Part shown: piece after piece, positions 32,087-41,676 of the stretch
Position numbering within the stretch: position 1 is the stretch's first letter
Layout of the letters: the number at the start of each line of letters is the position of its first letter
Source of the DNA: Gaiellaceae bacterium
Lineage (GTDB): Bacteria > Actinomycetota > Thermoleophilia > Gaiellales > Gaiellaceae
DNA length: 58,160 bases
Assembly (NCBI GenBank): GCA_035574655.1
Contig: DATLYP010000069.1
Span: 1 to 58,160, forward strand
Direction of reading: 5' to 3'
Notes under the pieces: generated by a model
Told to the model about the DNA's origin: nothing
Database searches by the model: none
Seen by the model: only the letters and a program-made list of their open reading frames with translations
Program-made: the position numbers and the translations under genes

Positions 32087-33118
32087 GTGAGCGACATGCG
32101 AGTCGAAGGAGCGTCGGCAGGCCCGCTCGCCGCTTCCGGCACGGCGGCGCCTCCCTCGGCCGTCGGCGGGGCGCTCCTCGCCCGCGGGGCGCTCCTTGCC
32201 CGCGGGGCGCTCCTCGCCGCCCGCGGGGCGCTCCTTGCCCGCCGGGCGCTCCTTGCCGGCGCGGCGCTCCTCGCCGCGGCCGTTGTCGCCGGCTGCGGCG
32301 GCGCGGATCAGGGCGGAGGCGCGCAGGGGGCGGGGGGCGCGCCGCAGGTCGTCGCCGCCTTCTACCCCCTGGCGTACGCAGCGCAGCGGATCGCCCCCGA
32401 GGCCCACGTCCGCAACCTCACACCGGCGGGGGCGGAGCCGCACGACCTCGAGCTCTCCCCACGTGACGTGCAGGCGCTCCGAGAGGCGGACCTCGTCGTG
32501 TACGTGGGGGGCGGCTTCATGCCCGCGCTCGAGGACGCGGTGCGCGGGCGGGCGAACGCGGTGGACGTGCTCGAGGGGCTCGACCTGCGCCCGGCGGCAG
32601 GAGAAAAAGGGGCGGGAGCGGCCGACCCGCACGTCTGGCTCGACCCGCGCCGCTACGCCGCGGTCGTGCGCCGGATCGCCCGCGTGCTCGGCCGGCCGGA
32701 CGCCGCGCGTCCGCTCCTCGCGGAGCTGCGCGCGCTCGACCGCGAGTTCCGCCTCGGCCTCGCCCGCTGCGCACGGAGGGAGATCGTGACGAGCCATGCC
32801 GCCTTCGGCTACCTGGCCGAGGCGTACGGCCTCGAGCAGGTGGCGCTCGCGGGCGTCTCCCCGGAGGCAGAGCCGGGCGCGCGCGCGATCGAGCGGCTCG
32901 CCGAGGAGGTGCGGACGAGGGGCGCGACGACCGTCTTCTTCGAGACGCTCGTCTCGCCGCGGCTCGCGAAGACGGTGGCCCGGGAGGCGGGGGCGCGGAC
33001 GGCCGTGCTCAACCCGCTCGAGGGCCTCACCCCGGAGGAGGCCGAGGCGGGCGAGGACTACGTCTCCCTCATGCGGGACAACCTCGCCGCGCTCCGGGAG
33101 GCGCTCGGATGCCGGTAG
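32087..33118 (+). CDS. znuA: Zinc/manganese ABC transporter substrate-binding lipoprotein (ZnuA/TroA family)
   Basis: Lipobox AAVVAGCGG. Core motifs VVAAFYPLAYAAQRI, AEPHDLELSPRDV, DPHVWLDP, VTSHAAFGYLAEAYGL, TVFFETLVSPRLA. The start is GTG 32087 or ATG 32096. Confidence 0.8.
   Translation: MSDMRVEGASAGPLAASGTAAPPSAVGGALLARGALLARGALLAARGALLARRALLAGAALLAAAVVAGCGGADQGGGAQGAGGAPQVVAAFYPLAYAAQRIAPEAHVRNLTPAGAEPHDLELSPRDVQALREADLVVYVGGGFMPALEDAVRGRANAVDVLEGLDLRPAAGEKGAGAADPHVWLDPRRYAAVVRRIARVLGRPDAARPLLAELRALDREFRLGLARCARREIVTSHAAFGYLAEAYGLEQVALAGVSPEAEPGARAIERLAEEVRTRGATTVFFETLVSPRLAKTVAREAGARTAVLNPLEGLTPEEAEAGEDYVSLMRDNLAALREALGCR
32167..32278 (+). repeat. Imperfect tandem ~18-21 bp repeat inside the znuA signal-peptide coding region
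   Basis: Six units of GGGGCGCTCCT(C/T)GCC(GCC)CGC encode GALLARGALLARGALLAARGALLARRALLAGAALLA. Confidence 0.7.
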
Positions 33119-33837
33119 AGGATCCGGTCGCCGCCTTCGAGCGCGTCTCCTTCGCGTACGGCGTCGGCCCGCCCGTCCTGCGGGACGTCAGCGTGGAGAT
33201 CCGGGCCGGCGAGTTCGTCGCCGTCGCGGGGCCGAACGGCGGCGGGAAGACGACGCTCGTCCGGCTCCTGCTCGGCCTGGAGCGTCCTCTCTCCGGGCGC
33301 GTGCTCCTCTTCGGCCGGCCCGCGCACGCCGCCTCCCACCGGGGGAAGGTCGGCTACCTGGCCCAGCGCACGCGGCTGGGCACGGAGGCCCCCGCGACCG
33401 TGCGCGAGGTCGTGGCCGCCGGTCGGCTCCCGGTCACCGGCCTTCTCGGCCGGCCCGGGCGCGCCGACCGGGCGGCGGTCGAGGAGGCGATCGCCCGGGT
33501 CGGCCTCGCCGAGCGGGCCTCCTGGCCGCTGCGGGAGCTCTCGGGCGGCCAGCAGCAGCGCGCGTTCATCGCGAAGGCGCTCGCCGCCGAGCCCTCCCTG
33601 CTCGTCCTCGACGAGCCCACCGCGGGCGTGGACGCGGATGCCCAGGAGTCGCTCGCCGCCTTCCTGGCCCGCCTGCACGCGGAGCTTCGGACGACGATCG
33701 TCTACGTCTCGCACGAGTTCGGCGCGGTTGAGAGGTACGTCGAGCGGCTGCTGCTCGTGCGCGGCGGGATCGCCTTCGACGGCCATCCCTCCGCGCTGCC
33801 CGGGCTCTGGCACGACCCCTCGCACGTCCATGCCTGA
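33109..33837 (+). CDS. znuC: Zinc ABC transporter ATP-binding protein
   Basis: Walker A GPNGGGKTT, signature LSGGQQQR, Walker B LLVLDEPTAGVD. It overlaps znuA and znuB. Confidence 0.85.
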   Translation: MPVEDPVAAFERVSFAYGVGPPVLRDVSVEIRAGEFVAVAGPNGGGKTTLVRLLLGLERPLSGRVLLFGRPAHAASHRGKVGYLAQRTRLGTEAPATVREVVAAGRLPVTGLLGRPGRADRAAVEEAIARVGLAERASWPLRELSGGQQQRAFIAKALAAEPSLLVLDEPTAGVDADAQESLAAFLARLHAELRTTIVYVSHEFGAVERYVERLLLVRGGIAFDGHPSALPGLWHDPSHVHA

Positions 33838-34645
33838 CCTGCTCGAGCCGGAGTTCATGCGCCTCGCCTTCGCCGCCGGCGCGATCGTGGGCGTGCTCGC
33901 GCCCGCGGTGGGGTTCTTCCTCGTCCAGCGGCAGCTGAGCCTGATCGGGGACGGGATCGGCCACGTCGCCTTCGCCGGCGTCGCCGGCGGCCTGCTCCTC
34001 GACGTCTCGCCGGTGCTCGGAGCGCTCGTCGCCGCCGTCGCGGGCGCGGTCGCGATCGAGCTCCTGCGCGCGCGCCGGCACGCGGCGGGCGACCAGGCGC
34101 TCGCGCTCGTCTTCTACACGGGGATCGCGGCCGGCGTCGTGCTCGTCTCCCTCGCCGGCGCGCTCGACGTCGGCCTCTTCCAGTACCTCTTCGGCTCGCT
34201 CCTGACCGTCACCCGCGGCGACGTCGCCTTGGTCGCGGGGCTCGGCGCAGCCGGGCTCGCCGTCCTCGGCCTCCTCTACCGCGCGCTCGCCGCCGTCGTC
34301 CTCGACGAGGAGGGCGCGCGCGTCGCCGGCGTGCCCGTGGACGCCCTCAACGTCGCCCTCGCCGCTCTCGCCGCGGTCACGGTCGCCCTCTCGCTGCGCG
34401 TCGTCGGCGTGCTTCTCATCGCCGCCCTCATGGTGCTCCCCGTGAGCGCGGGCACCCGCCTCGGCTGGAGCATGCGCTCGGCGTTCGCGCTCTCGCTCGC
34501 GACGGGCCTGGCGAGCGTCCTCCTCGGCCTCACGATCGCCTACTACGCCGACCTGCCGCCGGGGGGGACGATCGTGCTCTGCGCTGCGGCCGCCATGCTC
34601 GCGGCCACGTTCTGGGGAGGCCTGCGCCCGGCGAGAGCGCGCTGA
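33830..34645 (+). CDS. znuB: Zinc ABC transporter permease
   Basis: Internal ATG (M65) of ORF 33638..34645. MPDLLEPEFMRLAFAAGAIVGVLAPAVGFFLVQRQLSLIGDGIGHVAFAG is the ABC-3 family N-terminus. The protein is hydrophobic throughout. Confidence 0.85.
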   Translation: MPDLLEPEFMRLAFAAGAIVGVLAPAVGFFLVQRQLSLIGDGIGHVAFAGVAGGLLLDVSPVLGALVAAVAGAVAIELLRARRHAAGDQALALVFYTGIAAGVVLVSLAGALDVGLFQYLFGSLLTVTRGDVALVAGLGAAGLAVLGLLYRALAAVVLDEEGARVAGVPVDALNVALAALAAVTVALSLRVVGVLLIAALMVLPVSAGTRLGWSMRSAFALSLATGLASVLLGLTIAYYADLPPGGTIVLCAAAAMLAATFWGGLRPARAR

Positions 34646-34663
34646 GCGCGCGGTCGCTCCCGG

Positions 34664-35179
34664 TCAGTACGCCTCACCGGTAACGAGCTTCGCCACCAGC
34701 ATGACGAGCGTGATCGTGGCGCCGACGATCGCGAGGAGGGCGGCGATGAAGATCCCGATCAGGTAGGCGGGCGGGAGGTGGCGGCGCAGGCGGAGGCGGG
34801 CGGTCAGCCTCCTCGCCGCCCGCGCCGGCAGCCGGCTCAGCGGCCGGCGGGGCGCGGCGGAAAGCTCCTCGCCCGTCGTCTCCCAGCGGGCGGCGAGCGA
34901 TCGTTCTCCCGTCCCGCGAGGGCCCGCGAGGCGGGGGCGGCGCAGCTCGAGGACGTGCGGGTGCGGGCGGACGACGACCCAGCGGTAGTCGCGATCGACG
35001 GCGAGGACCTCCTCGCGCAGCACGAGCCCGTGCCTGCCGTCGTGCATGCGGACGGCGAGCGCGCACGGCTCGCCCCGTTCGTCCAGCCACACGTCCTCCA
35101 CCCAGCCGAGGTCGCCGTCGGCCGACTCCACCACGTACCCGTCGGTCTGCGTCAGCTCCACGTCGGCGACGCCCGCCAT
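34664..35179 (-). CDS. PRC-barrel-like protein with C-terminal transmembrane anchor (171 aa)
   Basis: This is the tail of ORF 34664..37795, starting at MAGVADVELTQTDGYVVESADGDLGWVEDVWLDERGEPCALAVRM (PRC-barrel-like). The C-terminus is YLIGIFIAALLAIVGATITLVMLVAKLV. Confidence 0.5.
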   Translation of the reverse strand: MAGVADVELTQTDGYVVESADGDLGWVEDVWLDERGEPCALAVRMHDGRHGLVLREEVLAVDRDYRWVVVRPHPHVLELRRPRLAGPRGTGERSLAARWETTGEELSAAPRRPLSRLPARAARRLTARLRLRRHLPPAYLIGIFIAALLAIVGATITLVMLVAKLVTGEAY

Positions 35180-35238
35180 GGCGGCTCCAGGGTACTCCGG
35201 CGCCGCGCGCGCCCGCGCGCACCGGCTCGTCGCACGCG

Positions 35239-35829
35239 CTACCCGTCCCGGGCGTCGACCGCCCCGAGGAAGCCGAGGACGCGCGACAGGAGCAGCGCGG
35301 CCGCAGCCGCGTCGTAGGAGGGGAGGCTCGCGTCGGCGAAGAGGTGCTGCGAGCCGGGGTAGAGGAAGAGCTCGGCCTCCCCGGCCGTCTTCGCGAGCTC
35401 GCGGGCGGCCTCGAAGTCGCCCTCCTCGACGAAGAACGGGTCCGCCTCCATCGCGTGGACCTGCACGGGCACCCCCGCCGGCCAGGAGGCCCCGAGCGCG
35501 GTCACGGGCACGCAGGCGTGGAAGAGGAGGGCGCCGCGCGCGCCGGGGCGGGTCTGGGCGAGCGTCTGCGCGGGCAGCACGCCCAGGGAGAAGCCGGCGT
35601 AGACGAGCTCCCCGGGCAGAGCGTCCGCGGCCCGCTGGCCGCGCTCGACGACCTCGCCGAAGCCGAGCTGCTCGGCGTACGCGACGCCCTCCTCGAGGCT
35701 CGCGAACGTGCGGCCGTCGTAGAGGTCGGGCACGTGCACCGTGTGCCCGGCCCGCCGCAACTCGACGGCGAAGGCGCGGACGCCCGCCGTCCGGCCCTGC
35801 GCGTGGTGGAACAGCAGCACCTCCGCCAT
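35239..35829 (-). CDS. Dienelactone hydrolase family protein (196 aa)
   Basis: Internal ATG of ORF 35239..36129. MAEVLLFHHAQGRTAGVRAFAVELRRAGHTVHVPDLYDG, nucleophile region LVYAGFSLG, C-terminal PGSQHLFAD. Confidence 0.7.
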   Translation of the reverse strand: MAEVLLFHHAQGRTAGVRAFAVELRRAGHTVHVPDLYDGRTFASLEEGVAYAEQLGFGEVVERGQRAADALPGELVYAGFSLGVLPAQTLAQTRPGARGALLFHACVPVTALGASWPAGVPVQVHAMEADPFFVEEGDFEAARELAKTAGEAELFLYPGSQHLFADASLPSYDAAAAALLLSRVLGFLGAVDARDG

Positions 35830-35934
35830 CGCTCCTCCTCGCCCCGCGTGCCCGGCTCCCGCCTGCTCGCCTGCTGCTGGGATGGTACGTACGCGCCGAG
35901 CGCCGGGCGCGACGTCGGCCGCCCGCCGGCTCTT

Positions 35935-35996
35935 TTGCATGCATTTCAAGGCCCAAGCCTCCGATTCCCGGGCTGGACTGGCGCCGATTGCATGCA
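35935..35996. promoter_or_regulatory. Two copies of the palindromic TTGCATGCA motif upstream of the ligM-like/metF operon
   Basis: TTGCATGCA occurs at 35935-35943 and again at 35988-35996, 53 bp apart. Both lie in the 235-bp divergent intergenic region and stand out as AT-rich islands. Confidence 0.35.
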
Positions 35997-36064
35997 CTAG
36001 GCTCACGGTGGTGGCGAAGAGCGCCACGGTTTTGCTGACGTCCGCTCGCTGAGGAGGCCGGAGG

Positions 36065-37459
36065 ATGAGCCATCGAAGCCTGGAAGACGCGCTGCGCGAG
36101 GCCGGAAGCGCCGTCCAGCTCGCGCGCACCTCGCAGCTCGGCCCGTACGTCTACCCGGCGGTCCCGTCGGAGTTCTCGAACTGGCGCGACGAGCAGGTCG
36201 CCTGGCGGGAGACGTGCGCGCTCTTCGACCAGTCGCACCACATGACCGACCTCTACCTGGAGGGGCCGGACGTCCTCCGGCTGCTCTCCGAGCTCGGCGT
36301 CAACACCTTCTCGAACTTCGTCCCCAACCGCGCCAAGCAGTTCGTCGCCTGCAACCACGACGGGTACGTGATCGGGGACGCGATCCTCTTCTTCCTGGAC
36401 GAGAACCGGGTCTCGCTCGTGGGCCGCCCGTCGGCGCACAACTGGGTGCAGTTCCACGCCGAGACGGGCGACTACGACGTGCGCGTGGAGCGGGACGAGC
36501 GCACGGCCGTGAACCCGACGGGCCGGCGCAAGCAGTACCGCTTCCAGCTGCAGGGCCCGACCGCGCCGCAGGTGCTCGAGCGGGCGACGGGAGGGCCGCT
36601 TCCCGACATCCCCTTCTTCCGCATGGGCGAGATCACGATCGCCGGCCGCCGCGTGCGGGCCTTCCACCACGGGATGTCCGGCGCCCCCGGCATGGAGCTC
36701 TTCGGCCCCTGGGAGGACGCCGAGGAGGTGCGCGGCGCGCTCATCGAGGCCGGCCGCGACTACGGCCTTCGCCAGGTCGGCTCGCGTGTCTACGCGACGA
36801 ACACGCTCGAGTCGGGCTGGATCCCCTCCCCGCTGCCGGCCGTGTTCACGGGCGAGGAGATGCGCCCCTACCGGGAGTGGCTGCCCGCGGACGGATACGA
36901 GGGCACCGGGTCGCTCGGCGGCAGCTACTACTCGGACGACATCACCGACTACTACCTCACCCCCTGGGACCTCGGGTACGGCCAGTTCGTCAAGTTCGAC
37001 CACGACTTCGTCGGCCGTGAGGCGCTCCAGGAGATGGCCGCGTCGCCGCCGCGGCGGAAGGTGACGCTCGCCTGGAACGCGGGCGACGTCACGCGCGCGT
37101 TCGCGACCCTGTTCCAGAAGGGCACGCCCGCCAAGTACATCGACCTGCCGCTCTCCAACTACGCGACCTGGCCGTACGACCGGCTCATGGTCGGCGACGA
37201 GCTCGTCGGGATCTCCACCTTCAGCGGCTACAGCTACAACGAGCGCTCCATGCTCTCGCTCGCGATCGTCGACAACGACGTCAAGATCGGCAACGAAGTG
37301 ACGCTGATCTGGGGCGAGGAAGGCGGCGGCTCCCCGCGGCCGGTCGTGGAGCGGCACGTGCAGTGCGAGATCCGCGCCATCGTCAGCCCCTGCCCGTACT
37401 CGGAGGTCGCGCGGACCCGGTACGCGCCCGGCTGGCGGACGAAGGCGGCGGCGGTCTAG
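36065..37459 (+). CDS. ligM: Tetrahydrofolate-dependent aromatic O-demethylase (LigM/DesA-type aminomethyltransferase family), 464 aa
   Basis: Length and motifs fit the vanillate/3-O-methylgallate O-demethylase family: FSNWRDEQVAWRETCALFDQSHHM, GYVIGDAILF, LESGWIPSPLPAVFTGEEMRPYREWL, DYYLTPWDLGYGQFVKFDHDF. A MetF-like gene follows. Confidence 0.8.
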   Translation: MSHRSLEDALREAGSAVQLARTSQLGPYVYPAVPSEFSNWRDEQVAWRETCALFDQSHHMTDLYLEGPDVLRLLSELGVNTFSNFVPNRAKQFVACNHDGYVIGDAILFFLDENRVSLVGRPSAHNWVQFHAETGDYDVRVERDERTAVNPTGRRKQYRFQLQGPTAPQVLERATGGPLPDIPFFRMGEITIAGRRVRAFHHGMSGAPGMELFGPWEDAEEVRGALIEAGRDYGLRQVGSRVYATNTLESGWIPSPLPAVFTGEEMRPYREWLPADGYEGTGSLGGSYYSDDITDYYLTPWDLGYGQFVKFDHDFVGREALQEMAASPPRRKVTLAWNAGDVTRAFATLFQKGTPAKYIDLPLSNYATWPYDRLMVGDELVGISTFSGYSYNERSMLSLAIVDNDVKIGNEVTLIWGEEGGGSPRPVVERHVQCEIRAIVSPCPYSEVARTRYAPGWRTKAAAV

Positions 37460-37475
37460 CGCCGCCGCCGCGGCG

Positions 37476-39020
37476 ATGGCGGCCCTCCGCGAGAAGCTGG
37501 CAGCGCCGGGCGCGTTCGTCGTCGCCGCCGAGATCGTCACCAGCCGGGGCGTGATCACCGCCGAGCGGGGGCGGGGCGTGCTCCGGCTCGCCCGCGAGCT
37601 GGCGGAGGACCCGCGCATCGACGTCCTCTCGATCACGGACAACCCGGGCGGGCACGCGATGCTCGCCCCCGACACGCTCGGCACCGACCTCGTCTCCCGC
37701 GGGCAGGAGGTGATCATCCACCTCGCCTGCAAGGACTGGAACCGGAACGCGCTCGAGAGCCGGGGGTGGAAGCTCGCCTCCGAGGGCTTCCACAACGTGC
37801 TCGCGATGTCCGGCGACTACCCGGTGACCGGGCACGAGGGGCTCGCGAAGCCGGTCTTCGACATCGACTCGGTCGGCCTCCTCAAGCTGCTCTCGGACAT
37901 GAACGAGGGCCTGCCCGCCGGGCGCCCGCCCGGGAGCCGGCTCGACCGCACCGACTTCTTCCTCGGCTGCGTGGTCACGAATCACAAGCGCTACGAGCGG
38001 GAGGTGGTGCCGCAGTACCTGAAGCTGCGCAAGAAGGCGCGCGCGGGCGCGCGCTTCGTCGTCAACCAGATCGGCTGGAACGCGCGCAAGGACGACGAGC
38101 TGCTGCGCTACATCCGGCGCGAGCGGCTGCCGCTGCGGGCGCTCGCGAACGTGTACCTCCTCTCCCCGGCCGCGGCGCGCGCCTTCCACCGGGGGAGGAT
38201 CCCGGGGGTGGTCGTGAGCGACGAGCTGCTCGAGCTCGCGGAGCGGCAGGGCGCCTCCCCCGACAAGGGGCGGGCGTTCTTCGTCGAGCTGGCGGCGAAG
38301 CACGCGGCGGTCGCGCGCGGCCTCGGCTTCGACGGCGTCTACCTGGGCGGGCACATGCCCGCGGCCACGTTCGGGGAGATCGTCGACCGCGCCGCCTCCT
38401 TCGCGCCGGACGACTGGCGCGCGTTCGCGCGCGAGATCCACTTCCCCCTGCCCGGCGAGTTCTACCTCTTCGAGGCCGACCCGGAGACGGGGCTCTCGAG
38501 CGACGAGCTGAGCCGCGCCTACCTGGAGTCGAAGCGGGCGCGCCGGACGGAGCTCCGGGTCCCGCTCCGCTACCGGCTGAGCCGGCGCGCCCACGACGCG
38601 GTCTTCGCGCCGGAGGCGCCTCTCCGCCCCGCCGGGCGGGCGCTCTACCGCGCGGTCGAGCGCGGCCCCAGGGCGCTGGGCCGGGCGCTGCACGTGCTCG
38701 AGCAGGGGGTGAAGGTGCCGCTGTTTCGCTGCCGGGACTGCGGCGACTGCTCGCTGTCCGAGATCGCGTACGTGTGCCCGGAGTCGATGTGCGCGAAGAA
38801 CCAGCGCAACGGCCCCTGCGGCGGCACCCGCGACGGCCTGTGCGAGGTGTACGACTGGGAGTGCATCTGGTCGCAGGCCTACGAGCGCCTGAAGGCATAC
38901 GGCGAGGAGGAGGCCATGCTCGATGGCCCCGTCGTCGTCAAGGACAACGCCCTCCAGGGCACGAGCGCCTGGGCGAACACCTTCCTCGGCCGCGACCACC
39001 AGGCCGTGGAGCGGCGCTGA
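37476..39020 (+). CDS. metF: Methylenetetrahydrofolate reductase fused to a C-terminal MTHFR_C zinc-ribbon domain
   Basis: MTHFR-like TIM barrel segment (VLSITDNPGGHAM...VIIHLACKDWNRN...NVLAMSGDYP). Cys-rich tail FRCRDCGDCSLSEIAYVCPESMCAKNQRNGPCGGTRDGLCEV, typical of the MTHFR C-terminal domain. Confidence 0.8.
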   Translation: MAALREKLAAPGAFVVAAEIVTSRGVITAERGRGVLRLARELAEDPRIDVLSITDNPGGHAMLAPDTLGTDLVSRGQEVIIHLACKDWNRNALESRGWKLASEGFHNVLAMSGDYPVTGHEGLAKPVFDIDSVGLLKLLSDMNEGLPAGRPPGSRLDRTDFFLGCVVTNHKRYEREVVPQYLKLRKKARAGARFVVNQIGWNARKDDELLRYIRRERLPLRALANVYLLSPAAARAFHRGRIPGVVVSDELLELAERQGASPDKGRAFFVELAAKHAAVARGLGFDGVYLGGHMPAATFGEIVDRAASFAPDDWRAFAREIHFPLPGEFYLFEADPETGLSSDELSRAYLESKRARRTELRVPLRYRLSRRAHDAVFAPEAPLRPAGRALYRAVERGPRALGRALHVLEQGVKVPLFRCRDCGDCSLSEIAYVCPESMCAKNQRNGPCGGTRDGLCEVYDWECIWSQAYERLKAYGEEEAMLDGPVVVKDNALQGTSAWANTFLGRDHQAVERR

Positions 39021-39027
39021 GCGGGCG

Positions 39028-39771
39028 TCAGCGCGCGGAGGGCAGGCGGAGCAGCGAGGCCCCCGGCACCCGCTCGAGCAGGTCGCGGTTGGCGAGCGCG
39101 ACGTCGAGGTTGCGCCGCGCGATGCGCGCGTGCTCGCGCGCGATCGCCTCCGCGCGCGCCCCCTCCCGGCGCCCGATCGCCTCGACGAGCGCCACGTGCT
39201 GGTGCTGGGCGACGAGCAGGATCTCCCACGACTCGGGAAGCGCGGCGTGGACGCGGAGGAGGGCGCTCGGGGGGGCGAAGGGGAGCGCGAGCACGTGCTC
39301 CAGGGCGCGGCTCAGCTGCCGGCTCTTCGCCAGGTCGCGGAAGCCGTCGTGGAACGCCTGGTTGAGCTCGATGTACGTCATGAACGCGCTCTCGCTCGGG
39401 TCGCGCACGACCTCGTCCAGCGCTCGCAGGAGCTCGTGCAGCGGCTCCAGCTCGTCGTCGGACTCGAGGCGCTCGGCGGCGAGGCGCGCCGCCATCCCCT
39501 CGAGCACGCCCCGTAGCTCGATCGCGTCGTCGATGTCGGTCCGGGTGAACTCGCGGACGACGAAGCCGCCGCCGGGGAGCGCCTCCAGCAGCCCCTCGTG
39601 GGCGAGGGTCATGAGCGCGATCCGGAGCGGCGTCCGCGAGACGCCGAGCTCCTCGACGAGGCGCAGCTCGGGGACGCGGTCGCCCGGCCCGAACGCCCCG
39701 CTCAGCAGGAGCTCGCGGAGCCCGAGCGTCGCCTTCGTCGTCTGCGAGCTCGCGCTGTTCCCCCTGGGCAT
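39028..39771 (-). CDS. GntR-family transcriptional regulator (FadR/FCD subfamily)
   Basis: wHTH segment LRELLLSGAFGPGDRVPELRLVEELGVSRTPLRIALMTLAHEGLLEALPGGGFVV, followed by a helical FCD-like C-terminal domain. It is the last gene of the minus-strand ABC-transporter operon. Confidence 0.8.
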   Translation of the reverse strand: MPRGNSASSQTTKATLGLRELLLSGAFGPGDRVPELRLVEELGVSRTPLRIALMTLAHEGLLEALPGGGFVVREFTRTDIDDAIELRGVLEGMAARLAAERLESDDELEPLHELLRALDEVVRDPSESAFMTYIELNQAFHDGFRDLAKSRQLSRALEHVLALPFAPPSALLRVHAALPESWEILLVAQHQHVALVEAIGRREGARAEAIAREHARIARRNLDVALANRDLLERVPGASLLRLPSAR

Positions 39772-39828
39772 TGCGGCGGGAGCCTACCGGGGACGCCCGC
39801 GGGCCGTGCCCGGGCGGCCCCCGAGTGC

Positions 39829-40821
39829 TCACTTGGCGGCCGGCTGCTCCTTGACCGCCGCCGGGCGCCGCCTCGCCCGCAGCCTGCGGACGAGGTCGGC
39901 GGCCGTGTGGACGATGCCGCGTCGGAAGCCGAGGAAGAGCGCGATCACGAACAGCCCGTACAGGACCTCGCGGAGCTGGAGGCTCTCCGTCAGCCGCTCG
40001 TCCACGAACGCGAAGACCCCCGCCCCCAGCACGGGCCCGAGCAGCGTCCCCAGGCCGCCGAAGGCGACGAGCACGAGGACGCGCACGTCCACGCGCTCGA
40101 ACGCGTACGTGGCCGGGCTGATGAAGCCCGCGCTGTACGCGTAGAGCGCGCCCGTCAGGCCGATCATCGCGGAGCCCACCGCCGCCGCGTAGATCCGGTA
40201 GCGCGCGACGTCGACGCCCGAGAGCTCGGCGGCCACCTCGTCGTCGCGCAGGGCGCGGAACGCCCAGCCGGCGCGGGAGAGCTGGAGGGCGCGGAAGACG
40301 AGGAGGAAGGCGACGAGCAGCCCGGCGAAGAGGTAGTAGCCCCCGACCCGGTCCTCGGCCAGGTCGGCGGCGGCCTGCGGCACGACGAGCCCCGTCTCCC
40401 CCTGGGTCAGGTCGCGCTGGCCGAGGAGCAGGTTCGTGAACGCGAGCGAGAAGACAAGGGTCACGATCCCCGTGAAGATGACCCCCAGCGAGCGGCGCAC
40501 GGAGATCCAGCTCAGAAGCCCGCCGACGACGGCCGCCGCCGCCGTCCCCACGGCCGCAGCGAGCCAGATCGAGAGCGACGTCCGCTCGGCGAGGATCCCC
40601 GTCGTGTAGCCGGCGAGGCCGGCGAGCGCGCCCACGCACAGGAAGAGCTGGTTCGTGCTCCCGAAGACGAGGTTGAAGCCGACCCCGTACGAGGCGAAGA
40701 CGAGCGCTTGGGCGGCGAGGGAGGTCGTGTAGGGCGAGTCGCCGAACCAGAGCGGGGGGAGGAGGGCGAGGACCGCGGCCGTGACCGCGATCGGGGCGAG
40801 CGCGAGTCCGAGCCTGCCCAC
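39829..40821 (-). CDS. Branched-chain-amino-acid-type (HAAT family) ABC transporter permease, LivM-like
   Basis: 330-aa hydrophobic ORF with a BPD_transp_2 pattern (LFLCVGALAGLAGY, GWAFRALRDDEVAAELSGVDV). Confidence 0.85.
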   Translation of the reverse strand: MGRLGLALAPIAVTAAVLALLPPLWFGDSPYTTSLAAQALVFASYGVGFNLVFGSTNQLFLCVGALAGLAGYTTGILAERTSLSIWLAAAVGTAAAAVVGGLLSWISVRRSLGVIFTGIVTLVFSLAFTNLLLGQRDLTQGETGLVVPQAAADLAEDRVGGYYLFAGLLVAFLLVFRALQLSRAGWAFRALRDDEVAAELSGVDVARYRIYAAAVGSAMIGLTGALYAYSAGFISPATYAFERVDVRVLVLVAFGGLGTLLGPVLGAGVFAFVDERLTESLQLREVLYGLFVIALFLGFRRGIVHTAADLVRRLRARRRPAAVKEQPAAK

Positions 40822-40824
40822 CGC

Positions 40825-41676
40825 CTACCGCCCCAGCAGCCCGCGCGGCCGGACGAGGAGCGTGAGCGCGGCCGCGCCCAGGAGGATGACGCTCGTGATG
40901 TACTGGCCGATGTAGTGGACGCTGAGCGCGTTCACGACCCCCAGGAGCACCCCGGCCAGGAACGCGCCCGCGACGCTCCCCAGGCCGCCCACGACGGTGA
41001 CGATCAGCGCGAAGACCGTGAGCTCGAAGCCGGCCGTGACCGTCAGCGGGCCGCTCATCGAGTGCGTGATCGCCACGATCCCGGCCAGGGCGCCGCTCAT
41101 CGCGAAGATCACCGTGCGCACGGAGGAGGGGTTGATGCCGACGAGCTGCGCCCCGATCTCGTCCTGGATCACCGAGCGGACGCCGCGCCCGAAGGTGGTC
41201 GCGCCGAAGAAGAGCAGGAGCAGCGCCGCCACGGCGAGCGCGATCGCGGACGCCCAGATGCTCCCCCGCGACATCGGCACCCCCAGGATCGAGACCGGGT
41301 CGCCGGCGACGTTGATGTAGAGCGCGCCCGTCGGGTAGCGCCAGTTGAGGAGGCCGGCGACGACGAACGCGGCCCCGAGCGTGAGCAGGAGGCCGAGGAG
41401 CGTCCGCTCCTCGCCCTCCTGCCGGTAGACCGGGCGCATGAGGGTGAGGTCGAGGAGGACGGCGAGCGCCGTCGCGGCGAGCACGCCCACGACGGCGGCG
41501 AGCGCCGTCGGCGCCCCGTCGTCCATGAGCAGCGAGATCGCAATCGCCCCGACGACGACGATCTGGCCGTAGGCGAGGTTGAGGACGCCGCCGAGGCCGT
41601 AGACGAGCGTCATGCCCACGCCGAGCAGGCCGAAGGCGAGCCCCAGGACGACGCCGTCGAAGACGACCGCCTTCAT
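40825..41676 (-). CDS. HAAT-family ABC transporter permease, LivH-like
   Basis: 283-aa hydrophobic ORF (LNLAYGQIVVVGA, RSVIQDEIGAQLVGINP). It overlaps the upstream ATPase gene by 4 nt. Confidence 0.85.
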   Translation of the reverse strand: MKAVVFDGVVLGLAFGLLGVGMTLVYGLGGVLNLAYGQIVVVGAIAISLLMDDGAPTALAAVVGVLAATALAVLLDLTLMRPVYRQEGEERTLLGLLLTLGAAFVVAGLLNWRYPTGALYINVAGDPVSILGVPMSRGSIWASAIALAVAALLLLFFGATTFGRGVRSVIQDEIGAQLVGINPSSVRTVIFAMSGALAGIVAITHSMSGPLTVTAGFELTVFALIVTVVGGLGSVAGAFLAGVLLGVVNALSVHYIGQYITSVILLGAAALTLLVRPRGLLGR

